Shown here: positions 1 to 9,618 of the stretch, in pieces
Layout: each line of letters begins with the position of its first letter
Position numbering within the stretch: the first letter of the stretch is position 1
From: an uncultured bacterium
GTDB lineage: Bacteria; Actinomycetota; Thermoleophilia; Solirubrobacterales; 70-9
NCBI GenBank assembly: GCA_903901855.1
Contig: CAIUSP010000042.1
Span: forward strand, 68,274-132,273
DNA: 64,000 nucleotides
Direction of reading: 5' to 3'
Made by a program: the position numbers and the translations under genes
The notes under the pieces: model-generated
The model's database searches: none
What the model was told of the DNA's origin: nothing
Seen by the model: only the letters and a program-made list of their open reading frames with translations

Positions 1-116
1 TTGCGCACCGAAGCCACACGGGCGGGCTACTTTCACGCCTGAGATGTGTTCTTGAGAAGATGAGAAAACTGCGCAGATTGCGATCGACGAGAAGCCGCGG
101 ATGTTCGGACACCCTC

Positions 117-1481
117 ATGGAGAACACAGGCTCGAACACCAAGAGAATCGGGAAGGCCGCGATGTCGTTGGCTGCGGCCCTCTTCGCCGTGGGCTTGCTC
201 GCATCTGCAGCGCCAGCACTCGCCGGCCCCGGTTACGTGAGCGGTGAAGTGATCGTCGGCTACTCGGACGGAAGCCAGAGGCTGACCTCGCTTGCCCCCG
301 GCACCTCTGTGCGGCAGGCGATCAGGCAACTCGACCGCTCTCCCGGGGTGGAATACGCGGTGCCCAACTACAAGGCACGAACGGCGACCGTTCCGAACGA
401 CCCGGGCCGGTCCGGTGTGCCCGGTGGCTGGCAGCAGATCCAGTGGAACTTCCTCACCTGCGGCTCGCTCTGCGGCAAGCCGGCCCAGACCTATCAGTCG
501 GCGGGCGGCATAAACGCGGTTGGCGCCTGGCAGATCCTCGCTGACCGGTCGATTCAACCCGGCAGCGGCGCCAAGGTGGCGGTTCTCGATACCGGGGTCG
601 CATACGCCGACAAGGAGCCAGACTTCCGCCGCAGCCCCGACTTCAACGGCGCTCAGTTCGAAGCGGGTTACGACTTCGTCGACGGCGACACCGAGCCGCT
701 GGACCAGGACGGACACGGCACCCACGTGACCGGGACGATCGCCGAGCTGAACGACAACGGGGTAGCGCTGACCGGCCTCGCCCCCGCCGCGACCGTCATC
801 CCGGTCAGGGTTCTGAACGCGATCGGAGTCGGCAACGCGAGGGACATAGCCAAGGGCATCCGTTACGCGGCGAACCAGGGAGCGGATGTGATCAACATGA
901 GCTTCGAATTCGCCTCCAAGGTGCGTTCCTGCGAGGACCTTCCGACCGTTTGTTCGGCACTCCAGCACGCACGCAGCAAAGGCGTCCTGCCCGTTGCCGC
1001 CGCCGGTAACTCCGAGGGCAAGGCGGTTGCCTTCCCCGCCCTGGCGCCCAAGGTGCTTGGGGTAGGGAGAACAACCAAAGACGGGTGCGCGGGAGCCGGC
1101 TCGCGTTCAGGCAAGGGTCTGGACCTCGTGGCGCCGGGCGGCGGGCCTCCCAAGAGGAAGGTCACCGACTGCCGGAAGGATCGAGCGAAGGACTCGGCCG
1201 CCCCGGTCAGTCAGTTGACCTTCACCGGATTCGACTTCATCCAGTTCGGCTACGAAGGCTACGAGGGGACCTCGATGGCAGCCCCGCATGTGGCAGGGGT
1301 GGCAGCACTGGTGATCTCCAGTGGCGTCCTCGGTGACGACCCCACTCCGTCCGAGCTCGCCTGCCAGATCAAGCAGACGGTGCGCCGCAAGGGACTCGGT
1401 CAGAAGTACTCACGCTTCCTGTTCGGAGAAGGCCTGCTGGATGCGGCTTCAGCGGTGAGGACGGCTGCGCCGGGCTGCTGA
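117..1481 (+). CDS. Secreted subtilisin-like (S8) serine protease
   Basis: Asp/His/Ser triad motifs VAVLDTGV, HGTHVTGTIA and GTSMAAPHVAG. Signal-like N-terminus ending AAPALAGP. The ORF track starts at 60, but codons 60-116 have low GC3, so ATG 117 is preferred. Confidence 0.85.
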   Translation: MENTGSNTKRIGKAAMSLAAALFAVGLLASAAPALAGPGYVSGEVIVGYSDGSQRLTSLAPGTSVRQAIRQLDRSPGVEYAVPNYKARTATVPNDPGRSGVPGGWQQIQWNFLTCGSLCGKPAQTYQSAGGINAVGAWQILADRSIQPGSGAKVAVLDTGVAYADKEPDFRRSPDFNGAQFEAGYDFVDGDTEPLDQDGHGTHVTGTIAELNDNGVALTGLAPAATVIPVRVLNAIGVGNARDIAKGIRYAANQGADVINMSFEFASKVRSCEDLPTVCSALQHARSKGVLPVAAAGNSEGKAVAFPALAPKVLGVGRTTKDGCAGAGSRSGKGLDLVAPGGGPPKRKVTDCRKDRAKDSAAPVSQLTFTGFDFIQFGYEGYEGTSMAAPHVAGVAALVISSGVLGDDPTPSELACQIKQTVRRKGLGQKYSRFLFGEGLLDAASAVRTAAPGC

Positions 1482-1520
1482 GAGACACTTGGATGGGAAG
1501 CGGGGCGGCTGCGACCAGCC

Positions 1521-1967
1521 TCAGCCGCTGGTGTGGACGATCCAGACATCACAGGGCGCGTGATGCGAGATCCGGTTCGGCACGCTGCCGAGGAAGAATC
1601 GCGTCGCACCGGTCATTCCCCTGTTGCCCACCACGATCAGGTCGGCACCGTTCTGCTCGGCCACGTCGAGGAGAGCTTCGGCCGGGTCACCCTCCACAGG
1701 GTGCGAGGTCACGGAGACCTTCGCCTTCTTCGCGGCTGCCACTGCGTTGCCCAGGATCAGTTCGACATCCTCGCGCGGCCCAACCGTATGGGCCACGTCG
1801 TCAGGACTCGAACCAGCCTCGGCCTTGAGTCGGGACTCGGGAACCGGCGAATAGGCGCTCACTACCTCCAGATCGGCCCCGGAGAGCTTGGCGAGTTCGA
1901 TCGCGGATGCCACCGCGTCATTTGCGGTATCCGATCCGTCGGTACCCACCACGATCTTCTTGACCAC
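1521..1967 (-). CDS. Universal stress protein (UspA family)
   Basis: 148 aa. N-terminal KKIVVGTDGS and C-terminal GNRGMTGATRFFLGSV...VWIVH ATP-binding Usp signature. Confidence 0.85.
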   Translation of the reverse strand: MVKKIVVGTDGSDTANDAVASAIELAKLSGADLEVVSAYSPVPESRLKAEAGSSPDDVAHTVGPREDVELILGNAVAAAKKAKVSVTSHPVEGDPAEALLDVAEQNGADLIVVGNRGMTGATRFFLGSVPNRISHHAPCDVWIVHTSG

Positions 1968-2212
1968 CAGTTACTCCCTTCGCTGCACTGAGCTTGCTGA
2001 GGCGATACTACCTGCCACCAAGCCGGGATTTGCGGCAATCGGTCATTAGAGCTTGATGATCGCGATCACGATCGATGCGATCAGGCAGGCGATCATCACG
2101 CCGAGGGAGAGAATCCAGATAGTGGGCACGAGACGATGCTAGGGCAGGCCGTTGATGGCATGGAGCGATGCCTCGCGGTCCAATAGGCTTGGACGGGATG
2201 GGAGAGAGGATC

Positions 2213-2968
2213 ATGTTCAAGCCGCCGTGGAGTCCTGTGCTCGAACAGGTCGCGGATGACGTCTGGGTGGTCAGAGGCGACGTGAAGAACGGGATGAACG
2301 TCTACCTGCTCCGAGACGGAAGCGGAGTGACCGCGTTCGACGCGGGTACCAAAGCGATGGTCAAACCGGTCCGGAAGGCTGCTGAGCAGTTGGGTGGCCT
2401 GCGCCGGGTGGTGCTCGGCCACGCCGATGCCGACCACCGCGGGATCGCTCCCTACATGGGAGTACCGGTGATCTGCCATCCGGACGAGGTGACCGCCGCC
2501 GAGTCCGAGGAGTTCCGAAACTACTGGGATCTCTCCAAGATCGAGGTCGGCTATGCCCGCCGGGTCTACCCGTTCCTGCTCTCCCGCTGGGACGGCGGAC
2601 CGGTTCAGATATCCGAGACGATCACCGAGGGGGACGAGCTCTGTGGCTTTCGGGTCTACGCCTTCCCCGGTCACGCTCCCGGGCAGATCGGCCTGTTCCG
2701 AGAGTCCGACGGGCTCGCGATCGTCTCGGATACCGTCTACTTCGTCGACAGTTCGAGGTTCAAACCGATCGACCACCCCTCCGTCCCCCACGAATGCTTC
2801 AACTGGGATACCCAGAAGGCCGCCGAGTCGGTGCGGAAGCTCGCGGCGCTGAACCCCAAGAAGGTCGCGGCCGGACACGCTGAGCCGTTCGAGGCTCCGG
2901 ATCTCGTGCAGCAGTTGCTGAAGGCCGCCGACGCGGTCGACGGCAAGGGCATCTCGACAGCCACTTAG
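2213..2968 (+). CDS. MBL-fold metallo-hydrolase
   Basis: VVLGHADADHRG (a variant of HxHxDH) and a later FPGHAPGQ histidine motif. A GGAGAGAGG Shine-Dalgarno (SD) sits just before ATG 2213; the ORF track start is 2168. Confidence 0.7.
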   Translation: MFKPPWSPVLEQVADDVWVVRGDVKNGMNVYLLRDGSGVTAFDAGTKAMVKPVRKAAEQLGGLRRVVLGHADADHRGIAPYMGVPVICHPDEVTAAESEEFRNYWDLSKIEVGYARRVYPFLLSRWDGGPVQISETITEGDELCGFRVYAFPGHAPGQIGLFRESDGLAIVSDTVYFVDSSRFKPIDHPSVPHECFNWDTQKAAESVRKLAALNPKKVAAGHAEPFEAPDLVQQLLKAADAVDGKGISTAT

Positions 2969-5403
2969 GGCTCGATCACCCTGCGGGGCGTCGGCGCGGG
3001 GATGCCCCTCCACGCGGAGTCAGGTACGCCAGGGTCCAGCCTGAACCAGTCGAGGTACCGGCCGCAGACCCCAGAGAGGGGAACCGTCTCCCGCGCCGGT
3101 ACAGGTGTGGCCGCGATCGGCCCGAGGTAGGCCCGGGACTCGGCTCCGAGCAGGCGTCCAACTGCTGGCAGCCTGCCCACGGCGACCCGGAAGTCGACCA
3201 GGCCGTCACGGGTGACGGTGATCTCTCCCACCGGATAGAACGGCGCCGGACCGCGGAACAAGAGGTTCGCCGGCAGGGCCACATCCAGCCCCGGCGCGGT
3301 GATGCGCGCTGGCTGAGTGGACGCGTACTGGAGGGAGATGGCCCAGCGGCCGGCACTGAGGGGGAGTTCCTCGGTCGCAGAGACCGCGCTCGTGGGCTCG
3401 GAGGTCGGATCCCAGGCCCTGCCGACCACCGGTGGCTTGGTGAAGACCCGCGCCTCACCGTCGAGGCGGCTCAGCCTCGCCACCGCTGGGTCGGAACAGT
3501 CGACTGTCGCGCCAGGGCCGATCGGTTCGATCAGCGTGTAGCGCTCGGGCAGCGGACCGTTGCGCTTCCACAGGACGTAGTCACGAGTACGCCGGATCGG
3601 CTCGAAGTTGGCAGGCGCTTCGCTCAGTTGCGCGGCTCCCGTTGTGATCACGTAGTCGAACCGCTCGAGCACCTTGCGGGGCACCACATCGAAGTCGAAC
3701 TTGGCTCTGGTGGAGGTTGGCCGGTAGAGCGATGAGACCTCGATCACGTTGTAGTTGTGGATGATCGGGGTGTAGAGGTCCGCTCCGATCAACTCCCAAC
3801 CCACGAACGACTCCCGGCCGAGGAACAGGACCTTCTCCCCCTCGACCACCTTCCGCAGCCCGATCAGCTGCTGGACTTGGCCAACCGGACCGATCGCCGC
3901 CTGCCGCAGGACGAGGAAGCTCGAGAACGCTGCCGCTATGACGAAGAGGATCCCGATCGAAGCAACCAGCAGACGGTTACCACCACCCTCCGCCGACACC
4001 TCCTCGGCGACCGGCTTCTGCTCACCTTCGAGCGCTCCGGCGCGGAGGAACCCCCTGAGGGCGATCAGCATCACGATCGGAGCGATCACGCAGAGCGCCT
4101 TCGCCTGGGTGTAGGGAGTACCGACTGCCAGCGCCGCCAGATAACCGACCACGCCGGCGATCAGGGTGGCAGGAAGTATCCGTTCACCGATCCCCCTCGC
4201 CCTGCGGATGCCGAGTCCAAGTGCGATCGCGCCGAGCAGCGCTCCCAGATAGAAGGCGATTGCCGGGACCGACGCGTTCTCGGGGGCGATCCGGAACTCG
4301 CTCGAAGGCCAGATGTCGAGAGCCTGCAGCGGCGAGAGAGGTTGCCTCAGGTTCCCGTACCCCACCCGGTCACCGGGACCGGTGGGGTTGAGAGCCCGGA
4401 AACCGGTGAAATCGAGCAGGCTGACCACCACCGGCACGCAGGCGACGATGGTGATCCCGACCACCGCCCCTGCCACCGGGAGGGTCCGGCGCAACCGCCC
4501 GACCAGATCGAGGCCGTCCCGGTCGCGGCGCTCGGCGATCGCGACCAGCAGCAGCCACGCGACTGCGGCGGCCACCAACCAGGAGGGACCGGGGAAGCTG
4601 TAGTTGTAGATCGTGCCCGCCGAGATCAGCCCGGCCGGCACGGCGGCCAGAGTCGCGGCGCGAGAGCCCTGGGACATGGCAGCGCGAATCATCGGGAGCG
4701 ACAGTGCAAAGCCGATCAGCGACAGCGCGAGCAGTGGCTCCTTGAAGGCTCCCTGCGCCAGATAGGCAGCAGACAGGTAGGCGAAGGCAACCAGCACCGC
4801 GGCGGGAGCGCGCAACCAGCCTCGTACTCCGGGCAGAGCCGATGAGGCCGTGAGCCCGAGCAGGACGGCGATCGCTCCGGTCAGGCCGGCGAAGGCATCG
4901 ACGAAGCCGGTACCGACCAACTCGGTCATGGCGGCGACCACCGCGTGGGGGCCGAGCGGGTAGCCATCCCGGATCAGTTCAGGTGTCACGCCGGAGCCCG
5001 TAGCCAGCCACTCCGCGAAGAGCAGGTGAGAGGCCATGTCATCGTTGACCAGCCCCTGACCCAGGATCCCCATCCGACCGCTCGCCGCGAATGGGATAGC
5101 GGTCACCAGAGCCGCCCCGATCACGACGGCAGCGGCCGTCCAGGTCGGTCGCGGGAGATCCCTGCGACCACGCCAGCAGATCACGGCGGCCACGAGCGAG
5201 ATCGCGACTACGAATGCCGCGGCCGTCACGCCCCTGCCGGGGAACTTGACCGTGATGCCGCAGATGATCAGCAGGATCGAGATCCCGAGGGCGGGGGCAA
5301 CGGCCGTGGAGCGTCCACGGCCCACCAGGAGGAGGACCGCGTTGCCGACCAGCAAGGAGGCCGCGACTGTCACCGCTCCCGAGAGAATGGCTCCGAGCAT
5401 CAA
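2965..5403 (-). CDS. Large polytopic membrane protein with C-terminal extracytoplasmic domain (possible GT-C-type glycosyltransferase)
   Basis: 812 aa. Many hydrophobic helices fill the first ~480 aa, with an early acidic loop GLVNDDMASH reminiscent of GT-C enzymes, followed by a ~330-aa soluble domain. GC3 is high. The function is inference only. Confidence 0.55.
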   Translation of the reverse strand: MMLGAILSGAVTVAASLLVGNAVLLLVGRGRSTAVAPALGISILLIICGITVKFPGRGVTAAAFVVAISLVAAVICWRGRRDLPRPTWTAAAVVIGAALVTAIPFAASGRMGILGQGLVNDDMASHLLFAEWLATGSGVTPELIRDGYPLGPHAVVAAMTELVGTGFVDAFAGLTGAIAVLLGLTASSALPGVRGWLRAPAAVLVAFAYLSAAYLAQGAFKEPLLALSLIGFALSLPMIRAAMSQGSRAATLAAVPAGLISAGTIYNYSFPGPSWLVAAAVAWLLLVAIAERRDRDGLDLVGRLRRTLPVAGAVVGITIVACVPVVVSLLDFTGFRALNPTGPGDRVGYGNLRQPLSPLQALDIWPSSEFRIAPENASVPAIAFYLGALLGAIALGLGIRRARGIGERILPATLIAGVVGYLAALAVGTPYTQAKALCVIAPIVMLIALRGFLRAGALEGEQKPVAEEVSAEGGGNRLLVASIGILFVIAAAFSSFLVLRQAAIGPVGQVQQLIGLRKVVEGEKVLFLGRESFVGWELIGADLYTPIIHNYNVIEVSSLYRPTSTRAKFDFDVVPRKVLERFDYVITTGAAQLSEAPANFEPIRRTRDYVLWKRNGPLPERYTLIEPIGPGATVDCSDPAVARLSRLDGEARVFTKPPVVGRAWDPTSEPTSAVSATEELPLSAGRWAISLQYASTQPARITAPGLDVALPANLLFRGPAPFYPVGEITVTRDGLVDFRVAVGRLPAVGRLLGAESRAYLGPIAATPVPARETVPLSGVCGRYLDWFRLDPGVPDSAWRGIPAPTPRRVIEP

Positions 5404-5438
5404 ACGGGAAGGCTAGTCGTCACGACCGTCGGCAGGAA

Positions 5439-7061
5439 CTACCTGACACGCCAGGAATACTTGCTCGCCTTGCCGGGCGAGAGGTTCTTGACCGCCCGGA
5501 CGGCGACCGTGTGCCTGCCCCGAGAGAGCTTCTTGAAGATCGTGGTCGCGCCGCAGACCGCGAATGCCTTGCTGTCGATCCGACATTCGAAGGTGGAGCC
5601 AGGAAGAGACGATGAGAACTTGAAGACGGCCTCGCGGCTCGAAGTGCTGGCCCCGGGAACCTGGCGGAAGCTGGCCCGCGGCCCGACCGGAGAACGATCG
5701 AAGATCGCTGCTGCCGAATCGGTGAAACTCGCCGCGTAGACACTGGTTCCGTCGGGACTGGAAGACAGCCCCGCGGTCGTCTCGATAGCCCGGGCGGTGC
5801 TGCAGTCATCGGAGCCGTCCACGCTGACGCAGCCCTCCTCGTCCGCCGACTGGCTCAGCAGACCAGTGTCGACCGAACGCGAGAGGACGGCTATCGAGCC
5901 GTTGGTCGGGGTCGTACCGCTGGCGGCGTAGAGACTCCTGCCGTCTGCGGTCAGTTCGAGATCGAAGGTCAGTCCGATCGCCCGGCCGATGGTGCATTCG
6001 CCGCCGACGCCATCCGCGCTGATGCAGCCGGCGGTCCCGGATTTCTGTGTCAGAGCGCCGTCGCCCTGATCGCGGTCGAAGACCGAGATCGCATCGCTGA
6101 TCAGAGCGCTTACATAGAGATTCTCGCCGTCGGGCGAGACCGCCAGACGCAACGCACCGTCCAACGCTCTGGCATCGGTGCAGCTGCTGGATGCTCCGTC
6201 GACCATCACGCAGCCCTCGGTTCCTGCCTGCTGGGTGATCTTGCCACTGGTCGCCCGATCGAGGACCGCCACCGCATCGCCCTCTGTCGCCGCGACATAG
6301 ACGTTGTCCGAGCCCGGGCTGACGCTCACATCCGAAGCGCCCGAGAGCGCACGACCGTCGGTGCACAATCCCCCGCTCCCATCCTCGCTGACACATGCCA
6401 GCGCCCCGCCCTTGGCAACCAATGAGCCGTTTGCGAGGCGATCGAAGTTGAACACCCCGTTCAGGGTCGAGTCGGTCACGTAGACGCTCCTGCCATCGGG
6501 GGAGACCGCGACCCCTGTCGGCTCGGCCATGATGGGGAGGTCCGTGCAACTCCCGCCCCCTGACGAGATGCAACCTGCAGCGCCGGGTTTCTGGACGAGG
6601 GAGCCACCCTCGAGCACATCGAGGATCGCGATCGTGGCCTCGGTCTCGGAGATGACGTAGAGGCTCTCGCCATCGGGGCTCACCGCGAGGCGTGTCGGCG
6701 CGGTGAGCGCCCGTCCGACCACGCACTCTCCGTCGGTGCCGTCCTCGCTGACACACCCGGAGGTACCAGCCTTCTGCTTCAGTTCCCCGCTCTTCAGGGT
6801 GCGGTCGAAGACGACCACGGAGCCAGCGGTCTCACCGAGTCCCCATGCGGACCTTCCATCCGGGGAGACGAGGATCTCACTCAACCCCACCATGCCGCGA
6901 GCCTCGCGACAGCCCGGGGTGGTCGAGGTGTCGGCGATGCATCCTGCCGTGCCCGATGGCTGGAAGAGCTCTCCTACCGAGGCGTGAGCAGCCGTCGACA
7001 TACCCGCTGTCAGCACGAGTGTCAGACACACTGCAAGCCCTGCCTTGCGGTGGAAATCCAT
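5439..7061 (-). CDS. Secreted seven-bladed beta-propeller repeat protein (YVTN/lactonase-type blades) with C-terminal Ig-like module
   Basis: Signal peptide MDFHRKAGLAVCLTLVLTAGMSTAAHA. Seven ~55-aa repeats each contain GC-x6-9-C...GRAL...VSPDG..(L/V)Y. The C-terminal module reads FECRIDSKAF..C...GRHTVAVRA. Confidence 0.8.
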   Translation of the reverse strand: MDFHRKAGLAVCLTLVLTAGMSTAAHASVGELFQPSGTAGCIADTSTTPGCREARGMVGLSEILVSPDGRSAWGLGETAGSVVVFDRTLKSGELKQKAGTSGCVSEDGTDGECVVGRALTAPTRLAVSPDGESLYVISETEATIAILDVLEGGSLVQKPGAAGCISSGGGSCTDLPIMAEPTGVAVSPDGRSVYVTDSTLNGVFNFDRLANGSLVAKGGALACVSEDGSGGLCTDGRALSGASDVSVSPGSDNVYVAATEGDAVAVLDRATSGKITQQAGTEGCVMVDGASSSCTDARALDGALRLAVSPDGENLYVSALISDAISVFDRDQGDGALTQKSGTAGCISADGVGGECTIGRAIGLTFDLELTADGRSLYAASGTTPTNGSIAVLSRSVDTGLLSQSADEEGCVSVDGSDDCSTARAIETTAGLSSSPDGTSVYAASFTDSAAAIFDRSPVGPRASFRQVPGASTSSREAVFKFSSSLPGSTFECRIDSKAFAVCGATTIFKKLSRGRHTVAVRAVKNLSPGKASKYSWRVR

Positions 7062-7112
7062 CGTCCGGAGGCTACAGAGTCGTGCCGGTGGCTTAGGAGA
7101 TCAGGCGTGTAG

Positions 7113-8129
7113 TCAGTCTTCGAGCAGGCGCTTCTGGGAGAGCACGTAGAGGAGAGCAAGCGACGGGAGGACGAGGACCGCGGCGACCAGGAAGACGATG
7201 ATCACCACGAGCAGACTGGCGTAGGCACCCGCAGCCTGATCGATGGTCAGTGAGGTCGGCAGCAGATACGGATGCTGTGCGACGTACCAGCCCCAGACCA
7301 CCGCGACGAGCGCACCGACCGCAAGCGGTCTGACCAGGATCTCGTAACGCTTCAGGGCCAACAGAGCGAATGCAGCTCCTCCGGCCAGCACCGAGAAGAT
7401 CACCAATGGCAGCCCAGGGCCCACCAGACCGTCGAACACGTATCGCGCCTCCTCCCGCAGGGCGAAGATCCCGCCGAGGGAGAGCAGGCCAGCGACCACG
7501 GCCGAGACCAGGGCCCGCCGGTCGAAGTAGGCGGCGACCTTCTTCTCACCCGCTGCCTTGGCGTCGTGGGTGAGGAAGACCGCTGCCAGATACGCGCCCC
7601 CCGCTACGAAGAGCACACCGATGACGAACGGCAGCACACCTATCCAAGAGCCGGTCGGATCCCCGTAACCCTCCCTCGGTACCTCGCCGGACGCGATTGC
7701 TCCGACCACGCATCCCATGAAGAAGGGTGTGATCAGCGACGCTGCGGCAAACACGCGACTGGCCGTCTCGGTCCATGGACCTTCGATCGCGTGACGGAAG
7801 GCAAACCCGGCGCCGCGCAGGACGATGCCCAGCGCGGCGAGCGCGATCGGGATGTAGAGAGTGGTCATGATCGCGTAGAAGGCCTCGGGGAAAGCCGTCC
7901 AGAGGACGACCAGGATGAAGATCAGCCAGACGTGGTTGGCCTCCCAGACGGGCGCGAGAGAGTGGTCGATCCGCTGCCGGACGGCCTTGGCAGCGTTTGC
8001 CTTCGCCTTGGTCTTGCCCCTGCCGAGCAGCAGGTCCCAGATACCTGCACCGAAGTCGGCGCCGCCGAAAACCGCGTAGAGGGTCGCGCCGAGCCAGAGG
8101 ATCAGCGCGCAGATCTCGGCCCGACTCAC
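7113..8129 (-). CDS. cydB: Cytochrome bd ubiquinol/menaquinol oxidase subunit II
   Basis: LYAVFGGADFGAGIWDLL motif and 8-9 TM helices. A GTG at 8129 lies 4 nt after the cydA stop. The longer ORF start at 8252 would overlap cydA and reads as arginine-rich non-coding-like sequence. Confidence 0.85.
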   Translation of the reverse strand: MSRAEICALILWLGATLYAVFGGADFGAGIWDLLLGRGKTKAKANAAKAVRQRIDHSLAPVWEANHVWLIFILVVLWTAFPEAFYAIMTTLYIPIALAALGIVLRGAGFAFRHAIEGPWTETASRVFAAASLITPFFMGCVVGAIASGEVPREGYGDPTGSWIGVLPFVIGVLFVAGGAYLAAVFLTHDAKAAGEKKVAAYFDRRALVSAVVAGLLSLGGIFALREEARYVFDGLVGPGLPLVIFSVLAGGAAFALLALKRYEILVRPLAVGALVAVVWGWYVAQHPYLLPTSLTIDQAAGAYASLLVVIIVFLVAAVLVLPSLALLYVLSQKRLLED

Positions 8130-8133
8130 CGAC

Positions 8134-9582
8134 TCATCCCGCTGTTGGCTTCGCCGCCGGCTTGGTGGGCACCGGTCCGTAGGGGACGCGGTCGTCGTCA
8201 GATGCGGGAATCCTGCCCTCGTCTTGAGCCCGCCAACGGCGCGACATCGCACGAAGTACGGTGATCAGACCGATCGCGAGGATCAGATAGATGGCCATGG
8301 TGATGCCGAACACCACCCAGATGCCATCCGCCCGAGTTACGGCGTCGGCGGTGCGCTGGAAGCCGTACACGATCCACGGCTGCCGGCCGACCTCGGTCAC
8401 GATCCAGCCCATCTCCATCGCGGCGATCGCGAGGACGCCCGAGACGGAAACGGCCCGGAGGAACCACGGGGTCTGCGGGATATCACGCTTCCTCCACCAG
8501 AAGAGCGCGAACCAGGCTGCGAGGGTTGCGAGGGCGAATCCGATCCCGACCATTCCGTCGAACGAGTAGTGGAGGAGGTTCAAGGCTTTGGGCTCGTCCT
8601 GCCGCGGTGAGCTGTCGAGTCCCTGCACGACGGTCGAGGTGCTGAAGCCGACTAGCAGGGAGTTGAGGCCGGGTATCGAGATCGCACCCTTGGCGCCCTC
8701 CTCGCGATCGCAGACCCCTCCAATCGTCTCGGGCTGATTCGGGCCGGTCTTGGCTATGCACTCGATCGCAGCGAACTTGACCGGCTGTTTATCTGCGACC
8801 TCCCGCGCCACCATGTCCCCGACCACGATCTGGATAGGAGCGGCGATCGCCGCCACGGTGAGCGGAATCAGGAGCCCCAACCGGTGATACCGGTCGCGAC
8901 GCCCCTTGAGCATCCCGACCGCGTATATGGATGCGACGAGGAAACCGGTGACCATGAAGGCGGCCAGATACATGTGGAGGAAGGTGTGCCACGCGTAGGG
9001 GTTGAAGATCACCTCGAGCGGCTGCACGGTCTCGACGAAGCCCTTCGCGTCGAGCGTGAACCCCTGAGGGGTCTGCATCCAGCCGTTCACCGCGAGCACC
9101 GAGTAGGCGCCGCCGATTCCCGCGAGCACGATCGGAACGCCGGTCCACCAGTGAGCCCAACCTGAGATCCGCTTCCAGCCGTAGATGTAGATCGCGATGA
9201 AGATCGCCTCGAGGAAGAAGAAGATCCCCTCCATCGCGAACAGGACCCCGAACGCATCTCCGAATCGCTCCATCATGCCCGGCCAGAGCAGACCGAACTC
9301 GAACGAGAGCACCGTGCCGGTGACCGCCCCTACCGCGAACAGCACGGCCGTCGCCTTCGACCAGCGCTTGGCGAGCAGCAGCGCCGTCTTGTCCTTCTTC
9401 TTGATCCCGATGTACTCGGCGATCAGCATCACCAGCGGGAAGGCCACGCCGAGACAGGAGAGGATGATGTGGAACCCGAGGGTGAAAGCCATCTGATTCC
9501 GCGCTGCCAAGAGGTTGGAGGCGGCGTCGGCCAGAGGCAGTGTGTGGAGGAGATCCGTGCCCACTGCCGACGACCCTAACAA
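8134..9582 (-). CDS. cydA: Cytochrome bd oxidase subunit I
   Basis: N-terminal ARNQMAFTLGFHIILSCLGVAFP, a Q-loop region, and the C-terminal GWIVTEVGRQPW(I)VYG signature. The start could instead be GTG 9564. Confidence 0.9.
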   Translation of the reverse strand: MLGSSAVGTDLLHTLPLADAASNLLAARNQMAFTLGFHIILSCLGVAFPLVMLIAEYIGIKKKDKTALLLAKRWSKATAVLFAVGAVTGTVLSFEFGLLWPGMMERFGDAFGVLFAMEGIFFFLEAIFIAIYIYGWKRISGWAHWWTGVPIVLAGIGGAYSVLAVNGWMQTPQGFTLDAKGFVETVQPLEVIFNPYAWHTFLHMYLAAFMVTGFLVASIYAVGMLKGRRDRYHRLGLLIPLTVAAIAAPIQIVVGDMVAREVADKQPVKFAAIECIAKTGPNQPETIGGVCDREEGAKGAISIPGLNSLLVGFSTSTVVQGLDSSPRQDEPKALNLLHYSFDGMVGIGFALATLAAWFALFWWRKRDIPQTPWFLRAVSVSGVLAIAAMEMGWIVTEVGRQPWIVYGFQRTADAVTRADGIWVVFGITMAIYLILAIGLITVLRAMSRRWRAQDEGRIPASDDDRVPYGPVPTKPAAKPTAG

Positions 9583-9618
9583 ACGGGCCTGCCGGCCTGC
9601 TCGTCTGGCCTCGAGTAC

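Noticed and set aside
33-968. 311-aa ORF antisense to the S8 protease gene
   Set aside because: The opposite strand encodes the complete catalytic triad of a subtilase, and the antisense translation has no features.
5806-6756. 316-aa alternative-frame ORF inside the propeller gene
   Set aside because: It is on the same strand but a shifted frame of a gene whose main frame shows seven clean repeats and a signal peptide. The translation is Arg/Gly-rich junk.
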